Positions 37,537-50,568 of a stretch of 64,000 bases of DNA are shown here, piece by piece. The notes below the pieces were generated by a model. That model saw only the letters and a list, made by a program, of their open reading frames with translations, was not told the origin of the DNA and made no database searches. The first letter of the stretch is position 1. Each line of letters begins with the position of its first letter. Source of the DNA: Carcharhinus amblyrhynchos (lineage: Eukaryota). The position numbers were made by a program, and so were the translations under genes. Where the stretch lies: the NCBI GenBank assembly GCA_965287045.1, contig OZ336885.1:22072001-22136000 (forward strand), given 5' to 3'.

Positions 37537-38213
37537 GAAAGGACTGATGATCATCAAGACGTGGCTTCTTCTCAGGGCCAGAGGTGGAGGCACTATGTTC
37601 AGAGGACTTTCTCTTTTGGTCTTTGGACTCTCCGGAATTGTGCTCCAACTCACTTTTCAAAGCAGCGCTCCTTAGAGTTAAACAGGTGATCTGATCCTTA
37701 GAAATTCCAGCAGGTTGCACATCAGTCAATTCTAAACGTCCATCAGATGTGATATGTTCTTGAGATTGTACACCAACTGGTCTTTCTGCAAGCAGTATAG
37801 GTTTGGAGTTTAAGGCAGATTTATTTGGAAGAATTTCTTCTAGCTGTCCAGGTCTAGCTTCATTTTTAATTAAACTCAGCTGATCTTCATCTGCACAGCT
37901 AACAGCATGAAACACCTTGGCTTCATGATTTTGCTGTTTCTGGCTCCTCGTATCTTGAGAAGAGACTGTACATGAAACTGTTTTTTCACTTGGTTCAGGA
38001 AGTTCAATCTGTGTTTCTTTAATAAGACTCCGCTTCACTCTGCATTTGAGGTCCACCTTTGAACTTCTAGTACATTTCCTTACTCTTTCATCCTGCTTTT
38101 TAACCGGACTTTGCTGTTTGGATGGCCCTGCTAATACAGGTGAACTGGCTTCATTTTCTATTTCCACTTGTACGGATGTCTGATGTTCTGATTCTTCTTT
38201 TGACAAGCCCAGT
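37463..38213 (-). CDS. ASXL1: ASXL1 penultimate exon (751 nt): [11 protein letters not shown]...[37 protein letters not shown]
   Basis: Lies inside ORF 37412-38260. Acceptor gttgacag at 38214 and donor GTATGT at 37462. It ends in [12 protein letters not shown] as in ASXL1. Confidence 0.92.
37535..37543 (-). promoter_or_regulatory. +1 ribosomal frameshift motif UCC_UUU_CGG in the ASXL1 zero frame
   Basis: The minus strand reads CAT CAG TCC TTT CGG ACC. This is the UCC_UUU_CG class used by influenza PA-X, at the S-F-R position of ASXL1. Confidence 0.75.
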
Positions 38214-40504
38214 CTGTCAACATAACCAAAATAAAGGTATTCAGATATATTGGATTGCATTGGAAAGCAATTTCTTACAGTGCTAAAAGTTCAGTTTTCC
38301 TTATTTAGATTTTATGTTGAGGTTGGATTCTACTAATCTGATTGAATTCCATCTGCAATCACTATCCTGAAGAAAGAATTTCTGCAGTTTAAGCCAATGT
38401 GTTAGCAAATATCCTGAGACATGTGGCAAAGATCCAATAGAAAAAGACATTTTAACAAAAATCATTTTAATCCATATTTGAAAGGCATGACTGCACTGAA
38501 AATTAGAAAGAAACAAATTTCAAATCAATAGGCTTTCGAAGAAGAATGCAGTTCACCACTGAACAAAATGGGTAGACAATGCACTTTTAATGCACAAATT
38601 GTCTTTGCAGAAATACTTATATTACTGGCAGAAGATTATACCATGGGTTTAGTACTAAATTTACTTAAGTAATGTGAGGCTGCATTAACATAGGCTTAAT
38701 TCATAATTGGGATGACTAGTAACTGTTCTGACTCTGGATTGCGTAGGACAAACATAACAAAAGCCAGAGCCACCCACAGATACCAACCACCATGCTGAAT
38801 ATGGAGTGAAATGGTTTTATGTACTCACATCCCTGGCATCCCTTCCTAGGTGAGTGAACTTGTTTTGTTAGATAGATTTGTGTGAAATACAACACACATT
38901 CGGGGCAAGAAACAAATGTCGGTTTGGAACATGTTACAAATTTTGCAAAGCTACTGTCACAATATAAAAGGGAATTTGAATCAGGGGTTAGGATATCACA
39001 ACTTACAAATTGAAGGGAACTGAAATACTTCGTGCTAAAAAGTACCAAGATTGAAAGTGTGATAAAATTCACTCATAATTGATGTTTAAAGAACAATGAA
39101 GAATGGTTCACAGGAAACCTTGCTTGACAAGATGGAAGATTATGTGTAGAAATTGGCAAATTTGCTGTGCAAAATTGACACATGAAATACGTAAAACAAG
39201 TAATTTTTCACAACTTAGCCAAATAATATACAATGATCCTTAATATGAATCTATTTTGCACAGCAAACCATAGCAAAATTTGACACACTAAACTTCAAAG
39301 TGAGATTCCATTCTGGGAGTGCAGCTAATGCAACAGCACCCAATTGTGCCCAATTAAGTGATTAGTTAGATTCTATGAAATCCTCATCACACGAAAGATA
39401 ATATTACAGAAATATCTATGAAGGTACTGAAGAAAACATTACAAATCAGAATGTGACACTAGAATTATGCCACTTGGAAGATCATTTTTTTCAAGTAAAT
39501 GGCTAGTCACTTCTAGGAGGGATAATCTACCTTTCTTCTTGGGTTGTCACTCTACATACCATCTATAATTCAGCCGCAACATTAATTCACAGAGAGGTGG
39601 GATGACTGGCATACCTGAAATCAAGGGAAGGTCAAGTTGTGTTCATCGTTCTTAATAGATAGATAGATCTAAGCAATAATGTCTCAATAATGGACTATAG
39701 ATTGTTCTATGGCAGCTGCTCTGTTAAGTCCTGTTAAGCAGTTGTCATCTTACGATTTATGTAGCTGTTTAAAAAATAATGTTTTGGATAATTTGTGGGA
39801 ATACTGATTAAACGCTGCAAGTACCCACAAGTAATAAAACACTTTTGTTAGCATTTTCAGACCCAAGAAAACATTGGAGCTTTAAAATGTCAACAAATCG
39901 CAGGTTGCATTCACAGGAGCTGATATTGCAACAAAATCGTGCATTTATACAGTATCTTCAAGGGCTTGTAAAATATTCCAAGGCACCTAACAAGAGTGAT
40001 ACAAACAAGTTGAAGGAAATATGCAAACAAATTTGTCAAATAAGCAAATAAACTTCAGGACGCTTAGAAGAACTTCATCGGAAAATGTTCCCATCATCTT
40101 TAAAATTGGTTCCTTGATAAACTCAAGAAGTTGTGGCCAACATTAAGTGGTGGCTATATGTCTACAGCCATCAGGATCAGACATCCAGAAAGTTTAGGTA
40201 CAAGGTTCGTACTTTATATGGACAATCCTTGCCTATCATTTCATGTTTAAAATCACAAACTTCCTGTATAGACATTATATAGGTACAAAAATATTTATCT
40301 TGAATATCAATAGATATTTAGATGATCAAGTTTTTTGAACAGTATTCTAAACTTCACCCTCATTTCAGAGCATTTGAGAGAAACATACTCTTAGGCAACT
40401 AGAAACAAAATCTATTGGTTGGTTGAGGACTAAATGTAACAAAATTAAAACATGCTCATTTGCAATGGAACAGAATGGTTTTCAATATAGTTGCAAGTTT
40501 ATTT

Positions 40505-40870
40505 CATTCTTTGATGGAATTTAGGCGCCCCGGGCAAGACCTGCAGTTGTTGGCTATTCAAATCATCTTTGAACTGAGTGGCCTGCTGTGCCATTTTGGA
40601 AGGCAGTTGACAATCAACCACATTGCTGTGGATCTGGAGTCACATGTAGGTCAGACCAGGTGAGGACAGCAGATTTTCTTCCCTCAAAGGCCTTAACGAA
40701 TCAGATAGGTCATTTTTAAGACATTTGTCATTACTGAGACGAGCTTTCAATTCCAGGTTTCATTAATTGACAGCTGCTATGATGGAATCTGAACCTACGT
40801 TCCCCAAGCATTAATCTGGGTTTCTGGATTACTAGTCAAGTAACATTACCACTACGGCACCATCTCACTG
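40505..40870 (-). mobile_element. tRNA-derived shark SINE-like repeat
   Basis: tcaaccacattgctgtggatctggagtcacatgtagg core shared with the 27625 copy. Confidence 0.65.
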
Positions 40871-41540
40871 CAAAGTATCTTGATGTGTATGGGGTGAAAA
40901 GATGGCACCAGAGAATCACTAGACGTAGAACTTAATTCTAGGTTTTCTCCAACAGTAACCAAAATAGCGAAGAATTGCTAATGCTCTAGTTATACTCCTT
41001 TTTGATTACCACTTAATTAATTTTCCTCTGTGGAGGATGTTTGATGTGAACTCAACCAAAATACAAAGCCAAGCAGAAGAACAACCATGTGAGCTTCAAG
41101 AAGAGCTTGCATTGATATAAAGCCTTTCACAATCTCAGGATGCCAAGCATCTTACAGGAAATGAAATACCTTTGAAGTGTTTCACAACCCAGCAATCAAT
41201 GCACAGAAAGCACAAATTTCAATGAGATACTGACCTAATCATCAGTAGCGAATAGGCATGAGGGATACATTTTGGCCAGGATACCGCGAGAACTCACCTG
41301 CTCATTGCTACAAAGTGTCACAGGATCTTTTATGTTCACCTGAGGGGGAAACGTAGCCTCATTTTAAGGTCACAAATTGGCATTTTAGACATTGCAAGGG
41401 TCCTTTCTTTTTGCTGTGCATGGGATAGAACTATCAATTTCTAAAATTGATTGTTAGTAAATGGATTTCAGGAACTTAATTTTTCCTCTTCATGTACCTC
41501 AGCAAACTAACTAGATATGTTTAATCAGAAAGTTGCTTAC

Positions 41541-41646
41541 TTCTGCCCATAATAATCTTCAAAAAAATTCTCTTTCCACAGCTCTACTTTCTTTTCTTTC
41601 TCCATTTCTTGACGTAGGCGAAGTTGCATTTCAGGTGTGAATTCAC
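41541..41646 (-). CDS. ASXL1: ASXL1 exon (106 nt), end of DEUBAD: [35 protein letters not shown]
   Basis: Manual translation. Acceptor ttatgtag and donor GTAAGC; phases agree with the flanking exons. Confidence 0.93.
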
Positions 41647-41826
41647 CTACATAACGTTAAAGGCACACAGACATTAAATAAATCAAATGCAAAACATTTC
41701 ACATCTAAGACAGAAGTTGTAGCTGGGCAAAAAAAACTATCGATGGACGCTTATAGAAAACCTAACCATAAGCCATATATTTGCATCTGTTATTGTTAGA
41801 TAATGGTTTGGGCAGGCAGGCAGGGG

Positions 41827-41830
<4 letters not shown>

Positions 41831-41864
<34 letters not shown>
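41831..41864. repeat. (AG)17 microsatellite
   Basis: Read directly from the sequence. Confidence 0.95.
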
Positions 41865-41871
<7 letters not shown>

Positions 41872-43540
41872 AAGGAGAGAGATGGAGTTATACAGTGTCA
41901 CTGTGGTGATCTGAATTTGCTCTCCAGCTATCCCATCAGCCAGAGATAGGATAGAGCAAGATAAGTACAACTCTTAAAGCAGCACATCCCTGCATAATGC
42001 CTCTGAAATGAATGCTGGCCCATATTTAGACAAGAGACATGAGCGAGATTTGAACTGAAATTGTCTGTGCATTTCACTTGGAAACGTCAGTGAGCAAAAA
42101 TGTAAAAGTTCAATCCTGCCTATAGTCTGAAGTTCAGTTCTGGACTTATTAAAAGTGGCCATGTTGTAAAAAGTTGTTTCAGAAAATAGCTTGCAAAAAT
42201 GACAAAAACAAAAACAGAAAATGCTGGAAAATCTCAGCAGGTCTGACAGCATCTGCAGAGAAAGAATACAGCCAACATTTTGGGTCTGGATAATACTTCG
42301 GCAGGTCTAATAAAATACTAACATACTTCAGGTTTTGCCAAATGCTGTCAATAATACTTACCAACAATAGAGAGATTATAAAATTATAAACATTTAGATA
42401 ATTTATTCAGTCACTCATGGTCAAAATCTCAATTTGAGTGCACGCCTTGTAAATGAGATAGCACAGTAATTTCTGGTCTCTTACATTACCTCTTCCTCCT
42501 GCCAATTTCCAATGTGTTCAACATTTGTGACATGAACAGCTATGAAAGACAACATAATTGAAGGCCAAGAATATGAGCAATACAATCGCAGATGCTTACA
42601 TGACAGCAAAAGATGTAAGAAACACGATCTGACATGCACATGGAAGTAACGAAGTGAATGAATCTGTGCTGCAACTGACAGGAATATATGGTTCACATTT
42701 TGAAAAGGAAAATACTGTTATCATTTGGAATTGAGGGGCAGAACACTTATTATTTCAGAGAGTATTCTTCCACTCTGTTGGACAGAGATTTTGAGAAACT
42801 GAATTAATCCAATGTTGCTAAAAGGAAGGAAGGAAATTAGGATAAAACAGGCAAAAATGAAAAAAAGCCATTTCTTTGTCTTCAAAGATTTATCAAACTT
42901 ACAGCACATATATGTAGAGCATTCAGCACGTCATACTACCAGTGTCAACTCAACAACTTGATCTTCTGGAAGAGCAGCTAAAACAAAGTTCCACCTTTGA
43001 CAAAATTTGCCTAGAGTCGTGTAGTTAACCACATCTCAATGTGACCGTCAGAATTTGAATGTGTGAGAATATGGCTACTAGGCAGAATAATATGGCAGAT
43101 GTGTTGGTTACATCCTGCAGTATTGGATATTGGCCAGAAGTGGGAGCACCCAAGCAGTACCATTTAACAATGAGATTGTCTACTCCTTATGTTGGATGAA
43201 AAGGAGCTTGCTTCAATATACTATTTATGTTATGCATTCCAAAGAAATGGTATATAATACATCAGAGAACAGCTTTTTAAAGGTCAGAACTCAGGTTGGC
43301 TGAAGGAACAACATCTGCAAAGGCCAAGTTTGATCATCTTGGGTCTGTGGGAAACCAGGTTGTATGAACCTATTGTGTAACTGTAATTATTATACTATTG
43401 GTGTCTAGAGCAATAAAACTTGCATTTGGGCAACAAGCATGAGGCTGAATCATGAGGCATTATTAACCGGGTTTAAAAGATTGACAAAACTTTAAAATGA
43501 GGTTATGGAGTCTGCTAAACAATCAAGGTGCAGCTTTTAC

Positions 43541-43637
43541 CTTCTGCTAATCGCTCCTTCCACCCCTGAGCAGCAGAGGTGAAGAACTCATTATTTAGGG
43601 CTGAACTGCTGAGACGCATTATACCATCAGTACCAAC
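43541..43637 (-). CDS. ASXL1: ASXL1 exon (97 nt), DEUBAD: [33 protein letters not shown]
   Basis: Manual translation. Acceptor tttacccttctag and donor GTAAAA; contains the LNNEFF (NEF) BAP1-activating motif. Confidence 0.93.
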
Positions 43638-46600
43638 CTAGAAGGGTAAAAGGAAACAAATTCCATTAAAATATAGTGCAAAAACTGGGGTACTTCCTCC
43701 AGGTACTTAAAATCTCACACTGAAATACAAGCTTTCAAAATCGACAAAAAAGGCTGCTCACTCTGGTTGTATATTTATTACTAGCTAACAGCCGCACAAA
43801 GAAGATGGATATTGCAAATTTCTTTAACAGTGATACATGTGCATTAAAGATCGAAACAGTCACAATCAATTGAAAGCCATCAAAATCAGTCCAAGCTTTT
43901 GGTCAACCATAACAAACTTGAATAAATGCATGTTTGTTGGTGCAAGAAAATTTCTTCCTCCCTTTCCATAGAAATGGTGCATAAAATTTAGATGTAGCTT
44001 TGAATTTTCAAACCACAACTTTCAGCTTCTTCCCCAAAAGTTCATGAACAAGTATGCATGGAACCTTCCAACACTGCTGGTTAATAAAATTTAGAAAATT
44101 TAATCAGTGATTAGTTAAGCTTAAATAAAAATCAACAAGGTTCCAGGTTTAAGTCCTGTTGGTGTAAACTACCTGAACTTAGCAAGGCTGGTGATAGGGT
44201 GTTAGTTTCTCCTTAGCAGTTTTGAAGAGCTGGGATTCTTACTTGTAATTAATATCCATCTACCCTCCAAAGTGTACGCACATGGGCGTCAAGTATGAAC
44301 AGATCAGTTGTGAAAGCATTTTGAACTTGGGGGTAGTGGTGTGAGAGAAGCAGAGCACTTTACATGTACAAATCAGCACCTTACGTGAATAGATTTATTT
44401 AAAGTACAGAGGACGGAGCTCAAAAAAAAATGTAGAAATAAGCTCACAAATCTATCCATTGTGGAGCCCGCAACTAAGCTTGATCACAAGAGAAATAAAC
44501 AGTGGTGAAAATTTGGGTAATTAAAATTAATCTATAGTTACGTTACCGTTCAACACGTGCCAATCTGACCAGGTAAGTAAATAGTTAAGTCTTCTACTAA
44601 AGCATCTGTGACACAGTGTAAACATCTGTTCAAGTAAACTGGGTAGTGTGCAGGGCTTCTCACAATTGCCCACTCCTTTCCATTGGCAGATTTTTTTTTG
44701 TCATTTGAAGGCTGCAGCTTAGCTACATCTCCCTATGTCTGTGTGTCATTCTTACAAATTTAAACAAATGACTGGGCATTCATGAGGAATAACTGGGCTT
44801 TCATTATGAGGAATATCCTAGTATTGTTAACACACAATGGTGTAGATTTAGAAAGCACTTCAACGAGTACTGTACGGTGCCAAAGGATCTAGAAAATGTG
44901 AAAGTAAATAATTGGTCTCCAAGAAAAGGGAGAATATTTATTCAAGTAACTAGCAGAACAGAAACCCCTTATGGAGGAGGGGAATAAAAACCTCTTTCAC
45001 TTCAGATTTCACAATTAATACATCACATGAATTCTAAACTTAGGTTTTGCCACAGATCACAGTGCCACCCACTGGTCTGCGTATCATACACCACTTCATT
45101 CACCAACCATGTTATTCCGATTCATAGATAGAACTAGCCATCACCCACCATTTGAGACAAAAATTGACACTGGAATCGTGCATCGCTCAAATAAATTTAC
45201 ATTGAATATTACCCAATTAAATTTTCACAAATTCTATTAAGGGATTCTTGTTCAAGTTCAGGACTTTAAAAACTCTGAATATGCTCACCCAACATAAAGT
45301 ACGAGTGTCAAGTTTACTCCTGCTGCATTCAATTAATTGTCAGCAGTGTCTTGTGGATACAAGATGAAAACAAAACATCCCCATATGTACGCTTAAGTTC
45401 CTCATTTTAAAATCAAGTGCAATGGTTGACTTTGTAATTACATAATGTGACCAATGTAACATAGCTGAACATAAAAAATTCTTATTCTGCTTCTTGCTAT
45501 CAGATCTCCCTCCCCTCTTCTTAATGTGCTCAAAGTATTCATTAATTCTCTGGCAAAGAGCATGTAACTTGTTTCCAAACCTATTCCTAAGCAGTTCCAG
45601 CCAACTCCTAAAGACATACACAAAGCAATCCATAGTGACTTCCTCTAATGTTACTTCCTTTTTTTTCCCCTATAGAGAAATCCAACCTCACATGGCACAA
45701 CTAAGATTGGCAATTCATCTGCTGAGAAATATCAAAGGCAGGAATCTGGCTTTTCCACTCCTAGGGACATCAAGACGTACAGCTGAACTGGATTAAATTT
45801 CTATTGTGCTCAATACCAAAACCACAAAAAGCAGATTATAAAACAGAACTTTTCAGAAGCAAAAATGAGAATCCTACGAAAAAAAAAATCACAATTGAGA
45901 AAATATTAGGCAGCCAGCTAAAAGACTCACATATAACATTAACATAGATTAAGGTTTCTGAAGAATGCTGAGCAGTCCACATCTGAAACAGCTCACATCT
46001 TTTATAACATGTTCCCACTTGACACCATCTGTCTACCATTCACTAAAAGAAACTGAAGATCTCATCAGAACACCACTTTTGCATTAGCCCTGCAGCACTT
46101 GCATTTTCATGATTCTCAAAATTAAACTGAAATATCAAAGCAAAATTATCATTAAACTTGAATGCAATGGCTTTTCAAACTCAGAATATGCCTCCAAAAC
46201 ACATTAAAATTGGGATAGGTTATACAAACTAAGCAGGTTTAAACTATCTGGCATGTTACTTTTTATTTGGTTACATCTACGCACAAGCGGAATTCTTCTG
46301 TTCAATCTCATTAAACACAAATGGACTATGAAGCTTACACCTTCGTTGAATTAGAGCACATAGCAGGCTATTCAATCATTCCTGCCTGTACCAAGCTTTC
46401 AAAGAACTATCCAGCTCGTGGTATTTCTCTATTCTTGCCCAATTGAGCAGCAGATTTCTTACTTTACTTGAACACAAATTATTTTTTCTGAAGAAAGAAA
46501 ACACCTTGCAATGCACTGATCTGTACAGGATCCACCAGCTGGCAAGCTAGTTAACTTTATCTGGTATACCAACATATAACAAAGTCAGAATGAACAAAGA

Positions 46601-47099
46601 CTAGTCACATTTTCAACCTGACCTCTACATGGAGAGCTACCCAATCAGAAACAGCTTTTTATATATTGAGGCACTTCCCAATGAGTAGATCTCTGGCAGC
46701 ATGCAACAATTACAAGTAAAACTTGTCCCAGTAGCAAAGATCAACAGCCTGATCTTTCACATTCGTAACAAATCTGGCAAAAACATGGCTTGTGCTACAT
46801 AAAAGTGGTAAAATTCCTGTGTAACTGTTCTAGAAGCAAGCATAACAATTTTATATTTGGTCCCATACTTCCATATTCAACCCCGTCTGGCTGCCATACA
46901 GAAAAACACGAACACATATTTCAAAGAATCAAATCCACACACAATGGTCAGAAATCAGTCTGCAGAGTGTTAACATAGTTTCAAACTTCCAATATCAAAC
47001 AGGTGTAGTACAGCCATCTTGGCCACAGAAAGACCTCACACCTCTCCCGTTTGTTATTAAACGACAAATAAATGCAGTTAAATTCCTCACTGGACATGC

Positions 47100-49420
47100 A
47101 GCAAATACCAACATACAAATTAAAGGGCCTGCTCCACCATTCAATAGTATGGCTAATCTGATTATGACTTCAACTCCACATTTCTGTTTACCCCTGATAA
47201 TTTGTGACTCCCTTAGGAGTTAAGAATGTCTCTTGCTGTGTCTTAAGAAGTTCAATGGCTCAGCCTCCACTGCTTGCTGAGGTCATGGATACTCAAAATA
47301 TTTCACCTTGTCTCAATCTTAAATGAGACACACCTTAAAGCGAATCTTCAAATTCTCGTCTCTCCCACAAAAGAAACAACCTTTCATCATCCACTTTGTC
47401 AAGTCTGCTAAGGATCTTATATGTTTCAATAAAATCACCTCACTCTTCTAAATGCCAAAGGATTCAGGCTTAGTATGTCAATATTTCCACATAACTCTTA
47501 ACTCATTAATATATTAGGTGCTCCTCAAGAAGGTATGATAAACAGAATAACAATATTTTGACTGCACTGTCCTGATTATTCAAATGGATATACATTTGAT
47601 CAAAATACGATTGTTTCATTCTCCTGCTCAGTAATGAAAGACAGTGAGTACTGAATATATAGCCTCCAAATAAGTACAAGAACAACTTGTATTTAGATTG
47701 CACCTTTAATACGATAAAACATCCTAAGGCACTTCACAGGAGTGTAGGAAAGCAAAACTGGGCACCAAACCACAGTGCCATATTGGGCAGCATTCCAAAG
47801 CATGCTCAAAGAAATAGGTTTCGAGGGAGTGAAGAGCTGGAGAGGCAGAGGGGAGTTAATTCCAGAGTCTTGAGCTAGGCAGCTGATAGCACGGCCATCA
47901 ATGGTGGATCAATTAAAATCAGGGATGCTCAAGAATTTGGATGAGCACAGGTATCCCAGAGGGTTGTAGGGCTGAACGAGATTTATAGTGACTCATGGTA
48001 TCCTGTAAGGGTCAGTATCAAGAGTCCCAACCATGCATGGTATTACTAACAATTTAGATGCTGGGCTAGAAACTCATAGCTAAATTTGCTGTTAGCACAA
48101 TTAGATGGAAGCCTGACATTGCAAAGACATATAGATTAACTGGGCAAAATTTTAACAAACTGATTTCAAGAGATTCAAATGTGAGGTCACACACTACAAA
48201 CCCAAGGAGGATAGAAAAGGGTAGCTCATAAATGGTAAAACACCATCCTTTGTAAATGGAGGGCTAGAATATAAAAGGGGAGAAAGTTTTGCTGAAGTTG
48301 CACTAAGCCCTGGTTAGATTACAGCCGGCATACTCTGTACAGTTCTGGGCACAGAACATGACACAGGACATATGGGCCTTGGAAGGACTGCAGCATACGT
48401 TTACCGGAATGTTATCGCAGTTTCAAGGGTTAGATCATGAGAAAATGTTATATAAATTGAGAATAAGACAGTAAATACTATAACTATTCATAGCATTTCT
48501 GGAGAGAGAAACAGTTACCACTTCAAGTTAATGATCTTTCACCAGAATCATAAATTCAGGTGGTATTTCTAGCACATGGGAGGTCAAAAGAGGATTTGAC
48601 TGAGGTTCAGATATGGAAAGAAAGTGAAAATATTGATAGGGTAGATGAAGATAATCTTTATCGGCTGAATGGGGAAGCAAGGACAAAGGAACAAACAGCA
48701 AAGCCAAACCATTCAGGAGAGAAGTTAGGAAATACTTAAGATCGTAAGAACATAAGAAATAGGGGCAGGAGTAGGCCGTCTAGCCCCTCGAGCCTGCCCC
48801 GCCATTCAATAAGATCATGGCTTATCTGAAGTGGCTCAGTTCCACTTTCCCGCTTTCTCCCCATAACCCTTAATCCCCTTGCCTACCAAAAACCTATCTA
48901 CCTGCATCTTAAATATATTTAGCGAGGCAGCCTCCACCACTTCAACGGGCAGAGAATTCCAGAGATTCACCACCCTTTGAGTGAAGAAGTTCCTCCTCAA
49001 CTCTGTTCTAAACTGTCCCCCCCCTTATCTTGAGGCTATGCCCTCTAGTCCTACTGTCCTGAGCGGGCAGAACCCCTCCACCTCTACCCTATCCATCCCC
49101 TTCATCATCTTATACGTCTCAATAAGATCCCCCCTCATCCTTCTAAACTCCAACGAGTACAAGCCCAGTCTATTCAGCCTCTCTTCATAATTCAACCCCC
49201 TCAACTCAACTTCAAAATGTGGCAGGAGCATGGATCTCATTCCCACAAAAAGATATAGATGCTACCTCAATTAATTTTAAATTGGAAATCAATTTTGCTT
49301 GCAAGAACATAAGGAATATGGAGCTACAGTGGATGAATAGAGTTAAGAAATAGATTAGCCATGGTATAATTCAATGGCTGAGCAGCTCTGAGGGGCTAAA
49401 TGTCCTGCTCTAACTTCCAA
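47100..49420. mobile_element. Cluster of old CR1/L2 fragments (47100-47510 -, 47680-47990 -, 47990-48737 + resuming at about 49205-49420)
   Basis: CR1-like phrases on both strands; the plus-strand copy is interrupted by a younger CR1. Confidence 0.6.
48741..49204 (-). mobile_element. Young 5'-truncated CR1 LINE 3' end
   Basis: ORF2 C-terminus GLNYEERLNRLGLYSLEFRRMRGDLIETYKMMKGMDRV; TAAGAACA-type tandem tail. Confidence 0.88.
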
Positions 49421-49589
49421 GAACACCACAGGTTTCAGAGTTTCCACATTCACTACATGGTGGACATAAGCCTTCATGCAGTGGAAGTACTTGCACATAG
49501 GAGCTTGCTAAACAACAGCACCTCAAATTCAGAGTTATGTAACCAGGTTCTCTCATCACCAGTTGCTAATTAAAGTACTTATGTGGGTC

Positions 49590-49880
49590 TGTGGCAACAG
49601 TAGCACAGTGGTTAGCACTGCTGCTTCACAGCACCAGGGATCAGAGTTCAATTCCTGGCTTGGACCACCATGCAGAGTCTGCATATTCTCTCTGTCTGCA
49701 TGGGTTTCCTCCAGTTTCCTCCCACAGTCCGAAAGACGTGTTGGTTAGGTGCCTTGGCCATGCTAAATTCTCCGTCAGTGTACCCGAACAGGTGGAGTGC
49801 GTTGACTAGGGCATTTTCACAGTAATTTCATTGCAATATTAATACAAGCCTACTTGTGACACTAATAAATAAAAATAAAT
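49590..49880 (+). mobile_element. Near full-length HE1-like V-SINE
   Basis: Head tagcacagtggttagcactgctgcttcacagc, B-box gagttcaattcc, V-domain, AATAAATAAAA tail. Confidence 0.8.
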
Positions 49881-50568
49881 ACAGTGTCAATCAAATACCA
49901 ACAAATGTGTTAGATTTCTTCCCTGCAAGTTTCCTCTTTTCCACTCGATCAACACTGGGAGAGATTTTTATTCCCAGCCATTGTGTGCTTTGTGTACTGA
50001 ACCACAAGATAGAACTGTTTGAACATATATTCTATAGGTTTAACTTGTACTGAGTCTTTGTGATCAATGAAAAGCAAAACAAACCAAAATGCCTTCCACT
50101 TCTCAATGTCTCAAGGACAGTTTGTGGGGTGAAATGGTACCCATTAGGGAATTATGAAAATAGAACATGTAAATAGATGCCATGTGTACATTCTAATCAA
50201 TATATTCAACAGCTCATCACATGCCATAATATTGCAGCAAGTATAATCTACGAGATTTGCAAGTAATTTTGCAAACACAGCGTTTTCAAAATAGTGTTAC
50301 AGCATTGCTCAGATGTTTCAGATTAGAAAAAAAAGAGTTATTTCAATCAACTGGGTCAGATTTAGCAATACAGTTAAAAAGAACATCCAGAACAACAGTA
50401 AGTCTTAAACACTTGTGGCGAAATACTAACATCCCAATCAAATCTCAGTAAGTGGTGGGATACATGGCTATTGTTGCTCTGAACCTTTTGACATTAAGGT
50501 ATTCGAGGAGTGCTGAAATTAAGTGTCAAAATCATGTATTTTAAACATCTAACCTCAAAATCATCAGA

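Noticed and set aside
45340-45633. 97-aa minus-strand ORF with a possible acceptor (tgtatgtctttag) as an extra ASXL1 exon
   Set aside because: The flanking exons join directly to give the canonical DEUBAD sequence (EVDRQ|VGTDG), and there is no homology or clear donor. A poison exon cannot be excluded without RNA-seq.
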